A program made the position numbers and the translations under genes. DNA of 25,111 nucleotides. Origin: Planctomycetota bacterium (GTDB taxonomy: Bacteria; Planctomycetota; Phycisphaerae; UBA1845). This document shows, piece by piece, positions 7,590-16,008 of the stretch. Under the pieces are notes generated by a model. The model was not told the DNA's origin. It ran no database searches and saw only the letters and a list, made by a program, of their open reading frames with translations. The DNA is taken from NCBI GenBank assembly GCA_022567365.1, contig JADFHG010000001.1, positions 1-25,111 on the forward strand, in the 5' to 3' direction. Each line of letters begins with the position of its first letter. The stretch's first letter is position 1.

Positions 7590-8795
7590 CTAGCCGCGCG
7601 ATACCGGTAGCGGTATCGAGCCGTCGGCTCGCGGAAGCGGATCCGGTGGGACGATGTTGACGGCGGCGCCCGTGAGTGACGCCTCGCCCCGCTCGACGCG
7701 CTCGGCAAACGCGACGGTTTCGTCGTACAGAGCATCGAGTATTTCCGCCTCGTCGACGGAGCGAGTCTGCTCACCCTGGACGTAGATCACGCCGCGCCCC
7801 TTGCCCGCAAACACGGCCACGTCGGCGCCCTCGGCCTCTCCCGGTCCGTTTACAACGCACCCCATGACGGCCACTTTGACGGGAACCCTGATGCCCACGA
7901 GCTTCCGGCGCACGTCGGCGACGAGCTTGATGAGGTCGATCTCGATTCGCCCGCACGTCGGGCATGCGATCAGCTCGGGTTCGACCCGCGCCCGCATGCT
8001 CAGCGAGCAAAGCAGCTCCTTGGCATCTTCGACCTCATGAATCGGATCCGCCGCGTAGGAGATCCGGATCGTGTCGCCGATGCCCATCGCCAGCAGCGAG
8101 CCGAGCGCGGCGATCGACCGGATTCGTCCGGTTTCGGGCGGTCCGGCGTGGGTCACGCCCAAATGGAGCGGCAGGTCGAAACGCTCGCTGACCGCGCGGT
8201 AGGCATCGATGACCATGCCGGCGTCGATGCTCTTTGCGCTGATGACCACGTCGTGAAAGTCGTTCGCGTCGAAGATCCGCATGTAATCCTCGAGTATCGC
8301 GACCATCAGGCGGATCATCTCGCCGCGCGGGTCGCTCGCCAGGCGGCCCTTTTCTCGTGCCCGCCGGTCCTTGTCGGACCGCTCCACGACGCTGCCCTCG
8401 TTGACGCCGACGCGGATCGGGATGCGGCGATCGCGGCAGGCGGCGATGACGCGATCGACCTGCTTGCGATCCTTGATGTTGCCGGGGTTGAGGCGAATCT
8501 TGTGGACGCCGGCCTCTATGGCCTCGATCGCCCGTTGAAAATGGAAGTGTACGTCGGCGACGATCGGCACCGGCGATTGTTCGAGGATCGACGGCAGGGC
8601 GGCGGTGTCTCGTTTCTCGGGAACGGCGACGCGAACAATGTCGCAACCGGCCTCCGCGAGTGTACGGATTTGACGCACCGTGGCGTCGATATCATGCGTA
8701 TTAGTACTGGTCATCGACTGTATGGCGACCGGGGCGTCGCCGCCGATGGGTACGCCGCCGACCATGACCTGATGGGTTTTTCTTCTCGGTGTCAC
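7590..8795 (-). CDS. ispG: (E)-4-hydroxy-3-methylbut-2-enyl-diphosphate synthase (GcpE)
   Basis: VAIQSMTST, GCDIVRVAVP, VADVHF, RLNPGNI, IRVGVNEGS, PLHLGVTHAG, GIGDTIRIS, ACPTCGR and VMGCVVNGPGEA (4Fe-4S ligands). Confidence 0.98.
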   Translation of the reverse strand: MTPRRKTHQVMVGGVPIGGDAPVAIQSMTSTNTHDIDATVRQIRTLAEAGCDIVRVAVPEKRDTAALPSILEQSPVPIVADVHFHFQRAIEAIEAGVHKIRLNPGNIKDRKQVDRVIAACRDRRIPIRVGVNEGSVVERSDKDRRAREKGRLASDPRGEMIRLMVAILEDYMRIFDANDFHDVVISAKSIDAGMVIDAYRAVSERFDLPLHLGVTHAGPPETGRIRSIAALGSLLAMGIGDTIRISYAADPIHEVEDAKELLCSLSMRARVEPELIACPTCGRIEIDLIKLVADVRRKLVGIRVPVKVAVMGCVVNGPGEAEGADVAVFAGKGRGVIYVQGEQTRSVDEAEILDALYDETVAFAERVERGEASLTGAAVNIVPPDPLPRADGSIPLPVSRG

Positions 8796-9021
8796 GGGAT
8801 TTCTATCCTTGCGGGGGTGGAACCAGGGGATTGTAGTCGTAGCCCGCGAATTTGGTCAATTGATTCGATTCCAGCTTGACGGGACCGTCGCCCGATGTTC
8901 TGCTATGTGGTAGATCGTCAATTTCATGTGGGCGCATCGACAGAATACCACCGGGACAAGACCCGGCGCAGCGTTGTCGCCCACGAAGCACATTCGCATT
9001 TGAAAAAGGGAGGTTTCATCA

Positions 9022-10050
9022 ATGTTGCACTCGATACGCATGGCTACGATCGCAGCGACCGTAGCACTTCTACAGGGCTGTGCCACCGAGCGGGCGGTCG
9101 TCAGTTTCGATTACGTCGTCACGCCGAAGCGCAGCCTGCCGGCAGGCATCAAGACCCTTGCCATCATGCCCGCAAAGCTCGGTCCGACAACGGATGAGAA
9201 ATGGTCGGACATGACGGTCACCATCCTTTCGGCCCTTACGAACGAATCGAAGACGGAGTTCGGCACCGACATCCGGGTGACGGACCGTCGCGACATGCAG
9301 GCGACGTTTGACGAAGCCGACCTCTCGGCTGCGGGCATGTCCACACGAAGCGGCGGTGCGAATCCTCGGGTTCTCGCGGCCGACGCGATGATCCTGAGCA
9401 ACATCAACGTCAAGGTTGAGAAGCACATTGGCAAGCAGCGAACGCTCTCCGGTCTGTTCGTGTCGGGGCATGGCGGCCACGGATACGGCGGCGGCTCCGC
9501 GGACATCCAGACCGAGCAGGTCGACACCGTGACGAGGAATATGACCGTTCAGACGGAATTCAAACTGGTCAACACGGCGAATCAGGAGATCATCGAGCAC
9601 TACGCGCCGCGTACGTTTACGAACACGGCCAAGACCGAGGCGAGTCCGATCTTCGGATCGAGCCAGACCGAGGCCGAACTCGATCCGCAGGATGCGATCA
9701 TCGTGGCGCTCGTCGAGCGTGGTGCCCGCGAGTTCCTCAGTCAGTTCATCAAGTGCAAGATCCACGTCGAGGCGGAGATCGAATCCAGCGGTGCCGAGGC
9801 GTGTCAGGACGGTGTGCGCATGCTCCGCGGAGAGATGTGGGAGGAAGCATTGGCCAGGTTCAGGAATGCGATGGCCGAAGAGGATCGCGACCATCAAGCG
9901 GCGTACGGCGCGGGGCTTGCGAGCGAGGCCATGGGCAAGTATGAGCAGGCGCTGAAGTACTACAAGCTCGCATGCACGGGTGAGTCCAACCCGACCTACT
10001 ACGCCGCACGGGATCGCCTGAAGACGTTCGGAAGCCGCGCCGACGGATAG
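9022..10050 (+). CDS. Lipoprotein with CsgG/FlgO-like domain and C-terminal TPR
   Basis: GGGAGG RBS; lipobox LQG|C; CsgG-like segment 'IRVTDRRDMQATFDEADLSAAG...VLAADAMILSNI'; TPR-like helices 'WEEALARFRNA...AAYGAGLASEAMGKYEQALKYYKLA'. Confidence 0.75.
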   Translation: MLHSIRMATIAATVALLQGCATERAVVSFDYVVTPKRSLPAGIKTLAIMPAKLGPTTDEKWSDMTVTILSALTNESKTEFGTDIRVTDRRDMQATFDEADLSAAGMSTRSGGANPRVLAADAMILSNINVKVEKHIGKQRTLSGLFVSGHGGHGYGGGSADIQTEQVDTVTRNMTVQTEFKLVNTANQEIIEHYAPRTFTNTAKTEASPIFGSSQTEAELDPQDAIIVALVERGAREFLSQFIKCKIHVEAEIESSGAEACQDGVRMLRGEMWEEALARFRNAMAEEDRDHQAAYGAGLASEAMGKYEQALKYYKLACTGESNPTYYAARDRLKTFGSRADG

Positions 10051-10147
10051 GGGCGCAGCACGCTGATCCACATCGACGCATTGCTGCCACGCCGGTAATC
10101 GGCGTGCTTCGCTATGTAGGTGTTTAGCGGGTTTAGGCCAACGCACC

Positions 10148-10229
10148 GTAGCGTCCGCCCCCCGTGGCGGACGTCGGCATGGCGAAACGCACTTGAACTT
10201 CTAAGGCCGCCGCAGAATGCGGCCGCTAC
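10148..10229. repeat. Inverted doublet of GTAG-type REPs (REPIN-like)
   Basis: GTAGCGTCCGCCCCCCGTGGCGGACG at 10148-10173, and on the minus strand GTAGCGGCCGCATTCTGCGGCGGCC at 10205-10229. Confidence 0.75.
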
Positions 10230-10362
10230 GCGCTAGACACGTACAGGCTATGAGCTTGGCCCGCACATTGGTTTGCCGGCGATGCTCGTCGGTATCGATT
10301 CGCTTCGGCCGGCGGGTTCTCGGGTGTCCGCGACGTCACAGGTACAACGGGAGAAGATCGAG

Positions 10363-11688
10363 ATGATGAGAAACTGGTATGTTTTAGCGGGGATCGTGGC
10401 GGCGGCGGTCGTGTGCCACGGGCAACCGGCGTGGGCGCAAGGTTCGGTTTCCGCCGCTCAAAACAAACTTCTGGCCCGACGCGCCGCGGAGGCGGACTGC
10501 TATCGCAAGCTCGCGGAAACGGTCTATGGGTTGAGGCTCACCTCCACGACGTTCGTGCGCGATTTCGTCACCGAGAGCGATGAAATCCGCACCAGCGTCG
10601 ATGAGTTCATCAAGGGCGTTCGACTCGGTCCGCCGCGGTATTACGAAGACGGCACGTGCGAGGTCGATGGTGAAGTGACCGTGGCCAAGCTGATCCGAAC
10701 GCTCAAGGAGGTGCATGCCACGCACTACGAGGGCAACGTCGTCACGTCGACGCATATCGAGAGCATCAAGGAGCACCTCAAGAAGGACGTCATCCGGGCG
10801 ACCGGTGCCGGTGCCCCCAGGCCCGACCTGCCGCCCGGTTTGCCCGCGGGCGTAGAGAGTGTGATCACGCCCTTGCCGCCGAGTGCGCAGCCGTTACCGA
10901 TGTCGGTTCCGGCGATCTGGCGGACCATTCCCGCGCAGGCGAAGCTCATGGCGCTGAAGGCGGCCCGTGTGGATGCGCAGCGGAAGCTGCTCGAGCGGAT
11001 CAAGGGGCTGCGCCTCAACTCGACTACGCTGGTGCGCGATTTCGTCACCGAACAGGACGAAATCAGAACCCACGCGCAGGGCATGGTCGTCGGTTCCCGC
11101 GAAGTCTCGAGGTATTTGCACAGTGACGAACTGATCGCCGAGGTCACGATGGAGGTTGAGGTCGCACAGGTGCTGACGACGATCAAGGAACTCCACAGTG
11201 CGTATTATCATGGCAACTCCGTCACCAGCACCGACATCGTCGACATCAAGAAGCGGATCACCCGCAAGACGATCTCGGCCACCGGTTCCGGCGTTCCGGC
11301 GCCCCGCTACCTGCAACAAGCGGTAAGCGCTGGTTTCCCCATGCCCGATTGGATCGGCGAGCGTATCGCGGCGACGGGTGAGGGCACCGACAGCGAGATG
11401 CAGACCGCCCAGGGAAAGCTCCGAGCTGCGCGGGCCGCTCAACTAGACGCGCTACGCAAGATCGCAGAGCAAATCCGCGGGTTGAAAATCGAGTCCTCGA
11501 CGACCGTGGCGGACTTCGTGACCCTGCACGACGAAATCTCGGCTCAGGTTGACGCGATCATTTCCGGCGCACTGGCGGACCCGCCCATCTATTCCTCCGA
11601 TGTCGCGAGGGTAAAGGTTTCGGTGCCGGCGTCCGACGTTTGGCGTGTGGTGCATACGCACATGAAGATCGTCGATCGGCGCGGTTGA
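10363..11688 (+). CDS. Secreted protein with three LPP20/FlgP-like repeats
   Basis: Signal peptide MMRNWYVLAGIVAAAVVCHGQPAWA after a GGGAGA RBS. Three copies of 'KL.A.+AA..D..RKL.E.I.GL+L.S.T.V.DFVT..DEI' (about aa 33, 192 and 352 from this start). Confidence 0.8.
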   Translation: MMRNWYVLAGIVAAAVVCHGQPAWAQGSVSAAQNKLLARRAAEADCYRKLAETVYGLRLTSTTFVRDFVTESDEIRTSVDEFIKGVRLGPPRYYEDGTCEVDGEVTVAKLIRTLKEVHATHYEGNVVTSTHIESIKEHLKKDVIRATGAGAPRPDLPPGLPAGVESVITPLPPSAQPLPMSVPAIWRTIPAQAKLMALKAARVDAQRKLLERIKGLRLNSTTLVRDFVTEQDEIRTHAQGMVVGSREVSRYLHSDELIAEVTMEVEVAQVLTTIKELHSAYYHGNSVTSTDIVDIKKRITRKTISATGSGVPAPRYLQQAVSAGFPMPDWIGERIAATGEGTDSEMQTAQGKLRAARAAQLDALRKIAEQIRGLKIESSTTVADFVTLHDEISAQVDAIISGALADPPIYSSDVARVKVSVPASDVWRVVHTHMKIVDRRG

Positions 11689-11731
11689 CGCGGCGTTGTT
11701 TACACGGATGCCATGGGCAAGCCGCAACTCG

Positions 11732-11812
11732 GGGAGGGCGAGCCTCCCGGCGAACCGTGGATTCCTCGGGTGCAACGGATTTCCAAAGGCTCAGCAGGAG
11801 CTTCGCCCTCCC
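11732..11812. repeat. Inverted doublet of GGGAGGGCGA-type REP-like repeats
   Basis: GGGAGGGCGAGCCTCCCGGCGAACC at 11732-11756 and the reverse complement of GGGAGGGCGAAGCTCCTGCTGAGCC at 11788-11812. Confidence 0.75.
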
Positions 11813-11866
11813 GTTTGGCAACTCGTCAATTCGGCGTTGACGAAGCACTAGATCCTAAGCGAGAAG

Positions 11867-12085
11867 ATGAACATGATCTCCATCAAGAGAATAGCAGCGG
11901 TGGCCGTGCTGACATTCGCGGCACCGGTCTGGTGCGCCGGTTGCGCGTCGTCGCACACGCACGTTCGTACCTATGAGCGCACCGAGGATCCCGATCCCTA
12001 CGAGCGCGAGCGCTCGTCAACCGACGCGACGATGGTCTCGCCGGGCGAGATGCAGGGCGAAGGTGAGATGGTCAGCCCGGGATAA
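11867..12085 (+). CDS. Small putative lipoprotein with MVSPG repeat
   Basis: Basic N-region, hydrophobic core and lipobox CAG|C; C-terminus MVSPGEMQGEGEMVSPG. Confidence 0.7.
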   Translation: MNMISIKRIAAVAVLTFAAPVWCAGCASSHTHVRTYERTEDPDPYERERSSTDATMVSPGEMQGEGEMVSPG

Positions 12086-12208
12086 TCGCAACACCATCGG
12101 GGGACGTAATGTTCACCGATGATACGCGGGAATGCCTTCGCGTCGCCGTTTGCGCGGCCGCGACTCGCCCTGTGCGCGGCCCGACTCGCGGCGAGCGCGG
12201 CCCGGGCC

Positions 12209-12309
12209 AATAGCCTGTTGAAGCACCCAACGGTGGTGTGGTTGACGCACGTTCTTGGGTGTTCCACGGCCGCCACGGGGGGCGGCCGCTACTTTTTCCA
12301 AAGGCTGCC
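12209..12309. mobile_element. MITE-like element with AGCCTGTTGAA.../TTTTTCCAAAGGCT ends enclosing a hairpin and a GTAG REP
   Basis: Left end AATAGCCTGTTGAAGCA, right end TTTTTCCAAAGGCTGCC. Internal CACCCAA...TTGGGTG stem and a minus-strand GTAGCGGCCGCCCCCCGTGGCGGCCG at 12267-12292. Confidence 0.55.
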
Positions 12310-12319
12310 AAGGCGGCCT

Positions 12320-14581
12320 TCATCCGGCAGGCTCGATGATGAACCGGAGCTGCGCGTATCCGTCGATTTCGAAGTGTTCGACGCGAATCGTGTGCGTTCC
12401 AGGGGTGAGGTCCACGACGGCCTCGTCCGGTGTCGGGCCGTGCCAGGTCCAGTTTGTCAAGACCTCTTGGCCGTCGATAAACACCCGAACCCCGTCGTCG
12501 GAGACCGTCTTGATTCGCCACTTGCCGGCGGGTAGGCGCAGCTCGGTCTTCGCGACGGTCGCGAAATAATCGCCGGGCAGTCCGTCCGCTGGGCCGCGAT
12601 GGCCGAATCGAAGGTCGAGGTCGTCTCGGCGTTCAACCAAGATCGGCGAACCCGCGACGATCTTCGACCAATTGTCCGGCGCGGTGCGCGGGTCGTTCTC
12701 TTTCGTCCATGCGTAATACACCACCTCCCACTCGGCTTTCATCAGCGTGCCTTGCGCCCGAAGCGTTTTCCCCGCGATTGCCACATCAAATGTGAACCGG
12801 TGTACGCCGGGTTCGGTCGCTTCGACTTGGATGGTCGCTGGTGCGTGGCCGGTCGTGGGCGTGGCCGTGACGTGCCCGGTCACATTGTGGATACGATAGG
12901 CCTCCTGCGGACCCAGAATCTGCACAACACCGCTGCTCCCGCCGTTGAGCCGTTTTGGGTGGAGTCGCACGTCGCTGAAATCATACGGTCCCCATTCGTC
13001 AACAAAGATGAACTTTCGCCCGCGCCTCGCGCCCTTCGGCAGAAAGGCGTCCTGCTTGCCCTTCCTATCGCGGCAGCGATCCTCGGGGTTCACGCTGGTG
13101 TTTCGGATTCCACCGATCATTTTGCAACTAATCGCGCCTTCATCGAGGCGGCGTTTGCCACGCACGGGCGTCGATTGGTCCTTGACGCGTTTCAGGGCGG
13201 TCGCGTCGAGATCGCCCGTGACGTTCGCGGTCGTCCCGGCTAGATGCACCGTCGTCTTGGCCTCCACAAATCGATTACCACAGACCGCGCTCCCCACGTC
13301 GGACGCCAGCCGTATCGCGGTCTCGACGCGTGCGAATTTGTTGCCGCTTATGATGTTCTGCTTCGACGGACATCCGTCATGGGTTCGCCCGAAGGCTGAC
13401 GCGAGCAGATCCTTGTCGTCGTCCCACCAAAGATGAACACCGAGACGTGTGTCCTCGATCGTGTTACCGGTGATCGAGTTGTCGCGACCGTGCTCGATGG
13501 AGATCCCGTTGCGACAGTTTCGGATGCGATTGCCGGTGATGATCGTCGCGAACGAATATCCCGCCCAAATGCCGTGTTCGCAGTCGTCGAGGATGTTTTC
13601 GATGAACCGGTTCCCGCGAGAAAACGTGGCTTCGATGCCGTTGGCGGCCGCGTGGGAGAAGTCGTTTCGATAGAGCAGGTTGTTGTTGCACCCGCCTCGA
13701 CCCGTCTTGTTGACCGTCTCGTTTCCAGCGTACAGAAAGAAGCCGTCTCCGCCGTGTGTCGCGCTGTTGTAGGCGAACACGTTGTCGCTGCATTGCTCGT
13801 AGACAAGAATGCCGGTGGAATCCTGCCCGCGCGAATAGACCCCGTGGCTGTAGCCGCGTATGCAGAAATCGAACTTGTTGCTCATGATCTCGCAACGCGA
13901 AGAGCGCCACATCGCCAGCCCCCATCCGCTCATGAACGACATGTCGCTGTCCACGACGTACGTCTCGTCGCATTCGACGAGGCAAATCCCGTTTTGCCCG
14001 TTGCGTGCGCGGCATCCGCGCACGGTTGATTTCGGACAACGAAGCATGTAGATCCCCGCGCCGTACCGCAGCCATTCGTTGTCGTCGTTCTCGTGGCCGT
14101 AGATCCAGTCCGAGAGGTCTTCGGCTTCCGGTGTGCTTGCCAGGCGTTGTCGAAAGTTTCGCGAGACGTCGCAACCGTCAAGCGTAAGACCTGGGGCGTC
14201 TTCCGCGTAAACGCCGATCTTGTAACCGCGCACGACGGCGTTCTTCAGTGTGATGTCCTTGCCTTGGATCACGATTCCCCTGCCGGTGTAGCGGTCCGGA
14301 TCGAGATCGTCCGCGGCACCGACCAGCGTTGCGCCTGCGAAATCGACCGTGATCCCGTTGCCTCGGATGATGACCGCGGCGCGGTTCTCAGCGGCGGCGA
14401 GGCGGTAGACACCAGGCTCGATGCGTGCGTTTGAAGTGATCTCGATGCCCGGTTTGTCCAAACGAATGGTGGGCGTTTGTTCGAGCGCGATCGAAGACGG
14501 CCCGCCTACGAGCAGAAAGAGCAGCGCGACTCGGGCGTTTCCTGATTTCGTATGCCGGATCCACCGACATTCGCAATGCAT
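12320..14581 (-). CDS. Secreted right-handed parallel beta-helix (NosD/pectin lyase-like) protein with C-terminal PA14 domain
   Basis: Repeated 'N.I.GN.I...GI' beta-helix turns; PA14 motif 'RIKTVSDDGVRVFIDGQEVLTNWTWH...GTHTIRVEHFE'. Start is uncertain (ATG 14581 chosen; the track starts at 14662, across a REP). Confidence 0.85.
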   Translation of the reverse strand: MHCECRWIRHTKSGNARVALLFLLVGGPSSIALEQTPTIRLDKPGIEITSNARIEPGVYRLAAAENRAAVIIRGNGITVDFAGATLVGAADDLDPDRYTGRGIVIQGKDITLKNAVVRGYKIGVYAEDAPGLTLDGCDVSRNFRQRLASTPEAEDLSDWIYGHENDDNEWLRYGAGIYMLRCPKSTVRGCRARNGQNGICLVECDETYVVDSDMSFMSGWGLAMWRSSRCEIMSNKFDFCIRGYSHGVYSRGQDSTGILVYEQCSDNVFAYNSATHGGDGFFLYAGNETVNKTGRGGCNNNLLYRNDFSHAAANGIEATFSRGNRFIENILDDCEHGIWAGYSFATIITGNRIRNCRNGISIEHGRDNSITGNTIEDTRLGVHLWWDDDKDLLASAFGRTHDGCPSKQNIISGNKFARVETAIRLASDVGSAVCGNRFVEAKTTVHLAGTTANVTGDLDATALKRVKDQSTPVRGKRRLDEGAISCKMIGGIRNTSVNPEDRCRDRKGKQDAFLPKGARRGRKFIFVDEWGPYDFSDVRLHPKRLNGGSSGVVQILGPQEAYRIHNVTGHVTATPTTGHAPATIQVEATEPGVHRFTFDVAIAGKTLRAQGTLMKAEWEVVYYAWTKENDPRTAPDNWSKIVAGSPILVERRDDLDLRFGHRGPADGLPGDYFATVAKTELRLPAGKWRIKTVSDDGVRVFIDGQEVLTNWTWHGPTPDEAVVDLTPGTHTIRVEHFEIDGYAQLRFIIEPAG

Positions 14582-14596
14582 CAAACGGCGTGAGAC

Positions 14597-14622
14597 CGCG
14601 CGGGCTGAAGCCCGCGGCTCGG
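14597..14622 (-). repeat. REP-like palindrome (GAGCCGCGGGCTTCAGCCCGCG type)
   Basis: + strand CGCGGGCTGAAGCCCGCG stem-loop followed by GCTCGG. Confidence 0.55.
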
Positions 14623-14984
14623 AACACAGACACGGGACATGCTCCAGTCGTCGGGTTGTCATACTCTACTCCTTGGCTTTGCGTTTACGGCGATCGGGAC
14701 TCCGGCCGACTTGCACGGCAACGTCGTTCTCGATGTCCCGTGCCGACGGACCGTTCGTTCTCCGTGGAACCCACCACGCAGCACGCACGACCGGCGGGCG
14801 CCAATGGTATACCCCACGGGGCAGTGCTGGTAGACCGGGCGTCGCTCGCGGTGCCCGTCGGATTGTGTCGCGGATCGTGCAAAAGGGTATTTACGCCGAA
14901 ATACTAGCGCCTGCGCGACGAATCCGTCCTATACTGGTCGAGCGATTCGGTGGCTTGTGGCACCGGCGTCGATCGTAGCGTCAA

Positions 14985-15815
14985 ATGTTTCTGAAGGGTG
15001 CTGACACGTCGGCTAATACAAAAAGTGAGTTTGTCCTGACCGATGTAATGGTCACCGGTTCGCGGCGGACGGTGGGGCTGCGCGATATTCCGCTGGTCCT
15101 GCTGGCGCCGCGCAAGCTCTTCGCCAAGGTCGAAGACGTGACGGCGTACGGCTGGCCGTTGGCCATATTGCTCGCGATGGTGACGTTGATCGGCTACGCC
15201 ACGATCGAGACCGGACTTATCGACAGGCAGGTCGATAACGGCGTGCAGGCCCAGCTCGCGAAGATCGAGAAGGAACATAAGGACATCATCGACCGGTCCA
15301 AACTCCGGCTGATGATCGACGACACGCTGAAAACCGGGGAATTCCTCAAGATGATGACGCGGATCCAGGTCGTCGTCGCGCAGCCGGTCCTGATGTTGAC
15401 GTCTATCCTGTTGATCTCGGCTATTCTCTATGGCGTCGTCGCGTTGACCGGGCGCAAGCCCGAATGGCATACGCTGATGACCATCGGGGTATACGCCGGG
15501 TTCGTGGAAGCGATCGGAGGGCTGTTGCGCCTCGTCCTCATGCTGCGATACGCGACGTTGGAGGTGGACACGTCGGCGTCGCTGTTCACGAGGCTCGTCG
15601 ATCTGGACACCATGTTGGGGCGGGAGACCGCGACGATCGTGGCGTGTGCCCTGAGGGGTATCGATCCGTTCCATGTATGGTTCTGGATGCTGGCGGCCCT
15701 TGGGCTTTCCGTAACGGCGCAGCTTCGCGGTTGGAAGCTGTGGGCCACTTGCTGCATGCTCTGGCTGATCGGTGCCGGTCTGCGTGCCGGATTCGCCTTC
15801 GCCCAGGTCGCGTAG
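14985..15815 (+). CDS. Yip1-domain membrane protein (YknW-like)
   Basis: 'LLAPRKLFAKV' motif, TM1, a helical periplasmic insert, then four TM segments with 'IDPFHVW'; sits directly upstream of the MFP/ABC genes. The true start may be later (ATG about 15048). Confidence 0.8.
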   Translation: MFLKGADTSANTKSEFVLTDVMVTGSRRTVGLRDIPLVLLAPRKLFAKVEDVTAYGWPLAILLAMVTLIGYATIETGLIDRQVDNGVQAQLAKIEKEHKDIIDRSKLRLMIDDTLKTGEFLKMMTRIQVVVAQPVLMLTSILLISAILYGVVALTGRKPEWHTLMTIGVYAGFVEAIGGLLRLVLMLRYATLEVDTSASLFTRLVDLDTMLGRETATIVACALRGIDPFHVWFWMLAALGLSVTAQLRGWKLWATCCMLWLIGAGLRAGFAFAQVA

Positions 15816-15946
15816 CAGCCCGTTGAAGGAATATGATCTGTATGTGTGGCACCGGTTTTCAACCGGTGAAAACAGGTGTGGCACCGGCTAATAGCCGGTG
15901 ATGAGACGGGCTATTAGCCCGTGCCACACTTCTTCAACACGCTGCT
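15814..15946. mobile_element. MITE-like element: 17-bp terminal inverted repeats enclosing three GTGTGGCAC REP hairpins
   Basis: AGCAGCCCGTTGAAGGA (15814-15830) vs the reverse complement of 15930-15946, AGCAGCGTGTTGAAGAA, matches at 14/17. Hairpins at 15844-15868, 15876-15900 and, inverted, 15905-15929. Confidence 0.7.
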
Positions 15947-16008
15947 GGCCGGCGGCTTGCCGGACCCGCTTGCGGGGGTCGGTCTGGAAGGTCGAAACGG
16001 AGACGATT

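Noticed and set aside
8796-9021. Riboswitch or ncRNA in the ispG/lipoprotein divergent gap
   Set aside because: No recognisable riboswitch consensus; consistent with ordinary divergent promoters.
15844-15929. CRISPR-like appearance of three ~25-nt palindromic repeats
   Set aside because: Spacers are only 4-7 nt, the third unit is inverted and there are no cas genes. This is a REP cluster.
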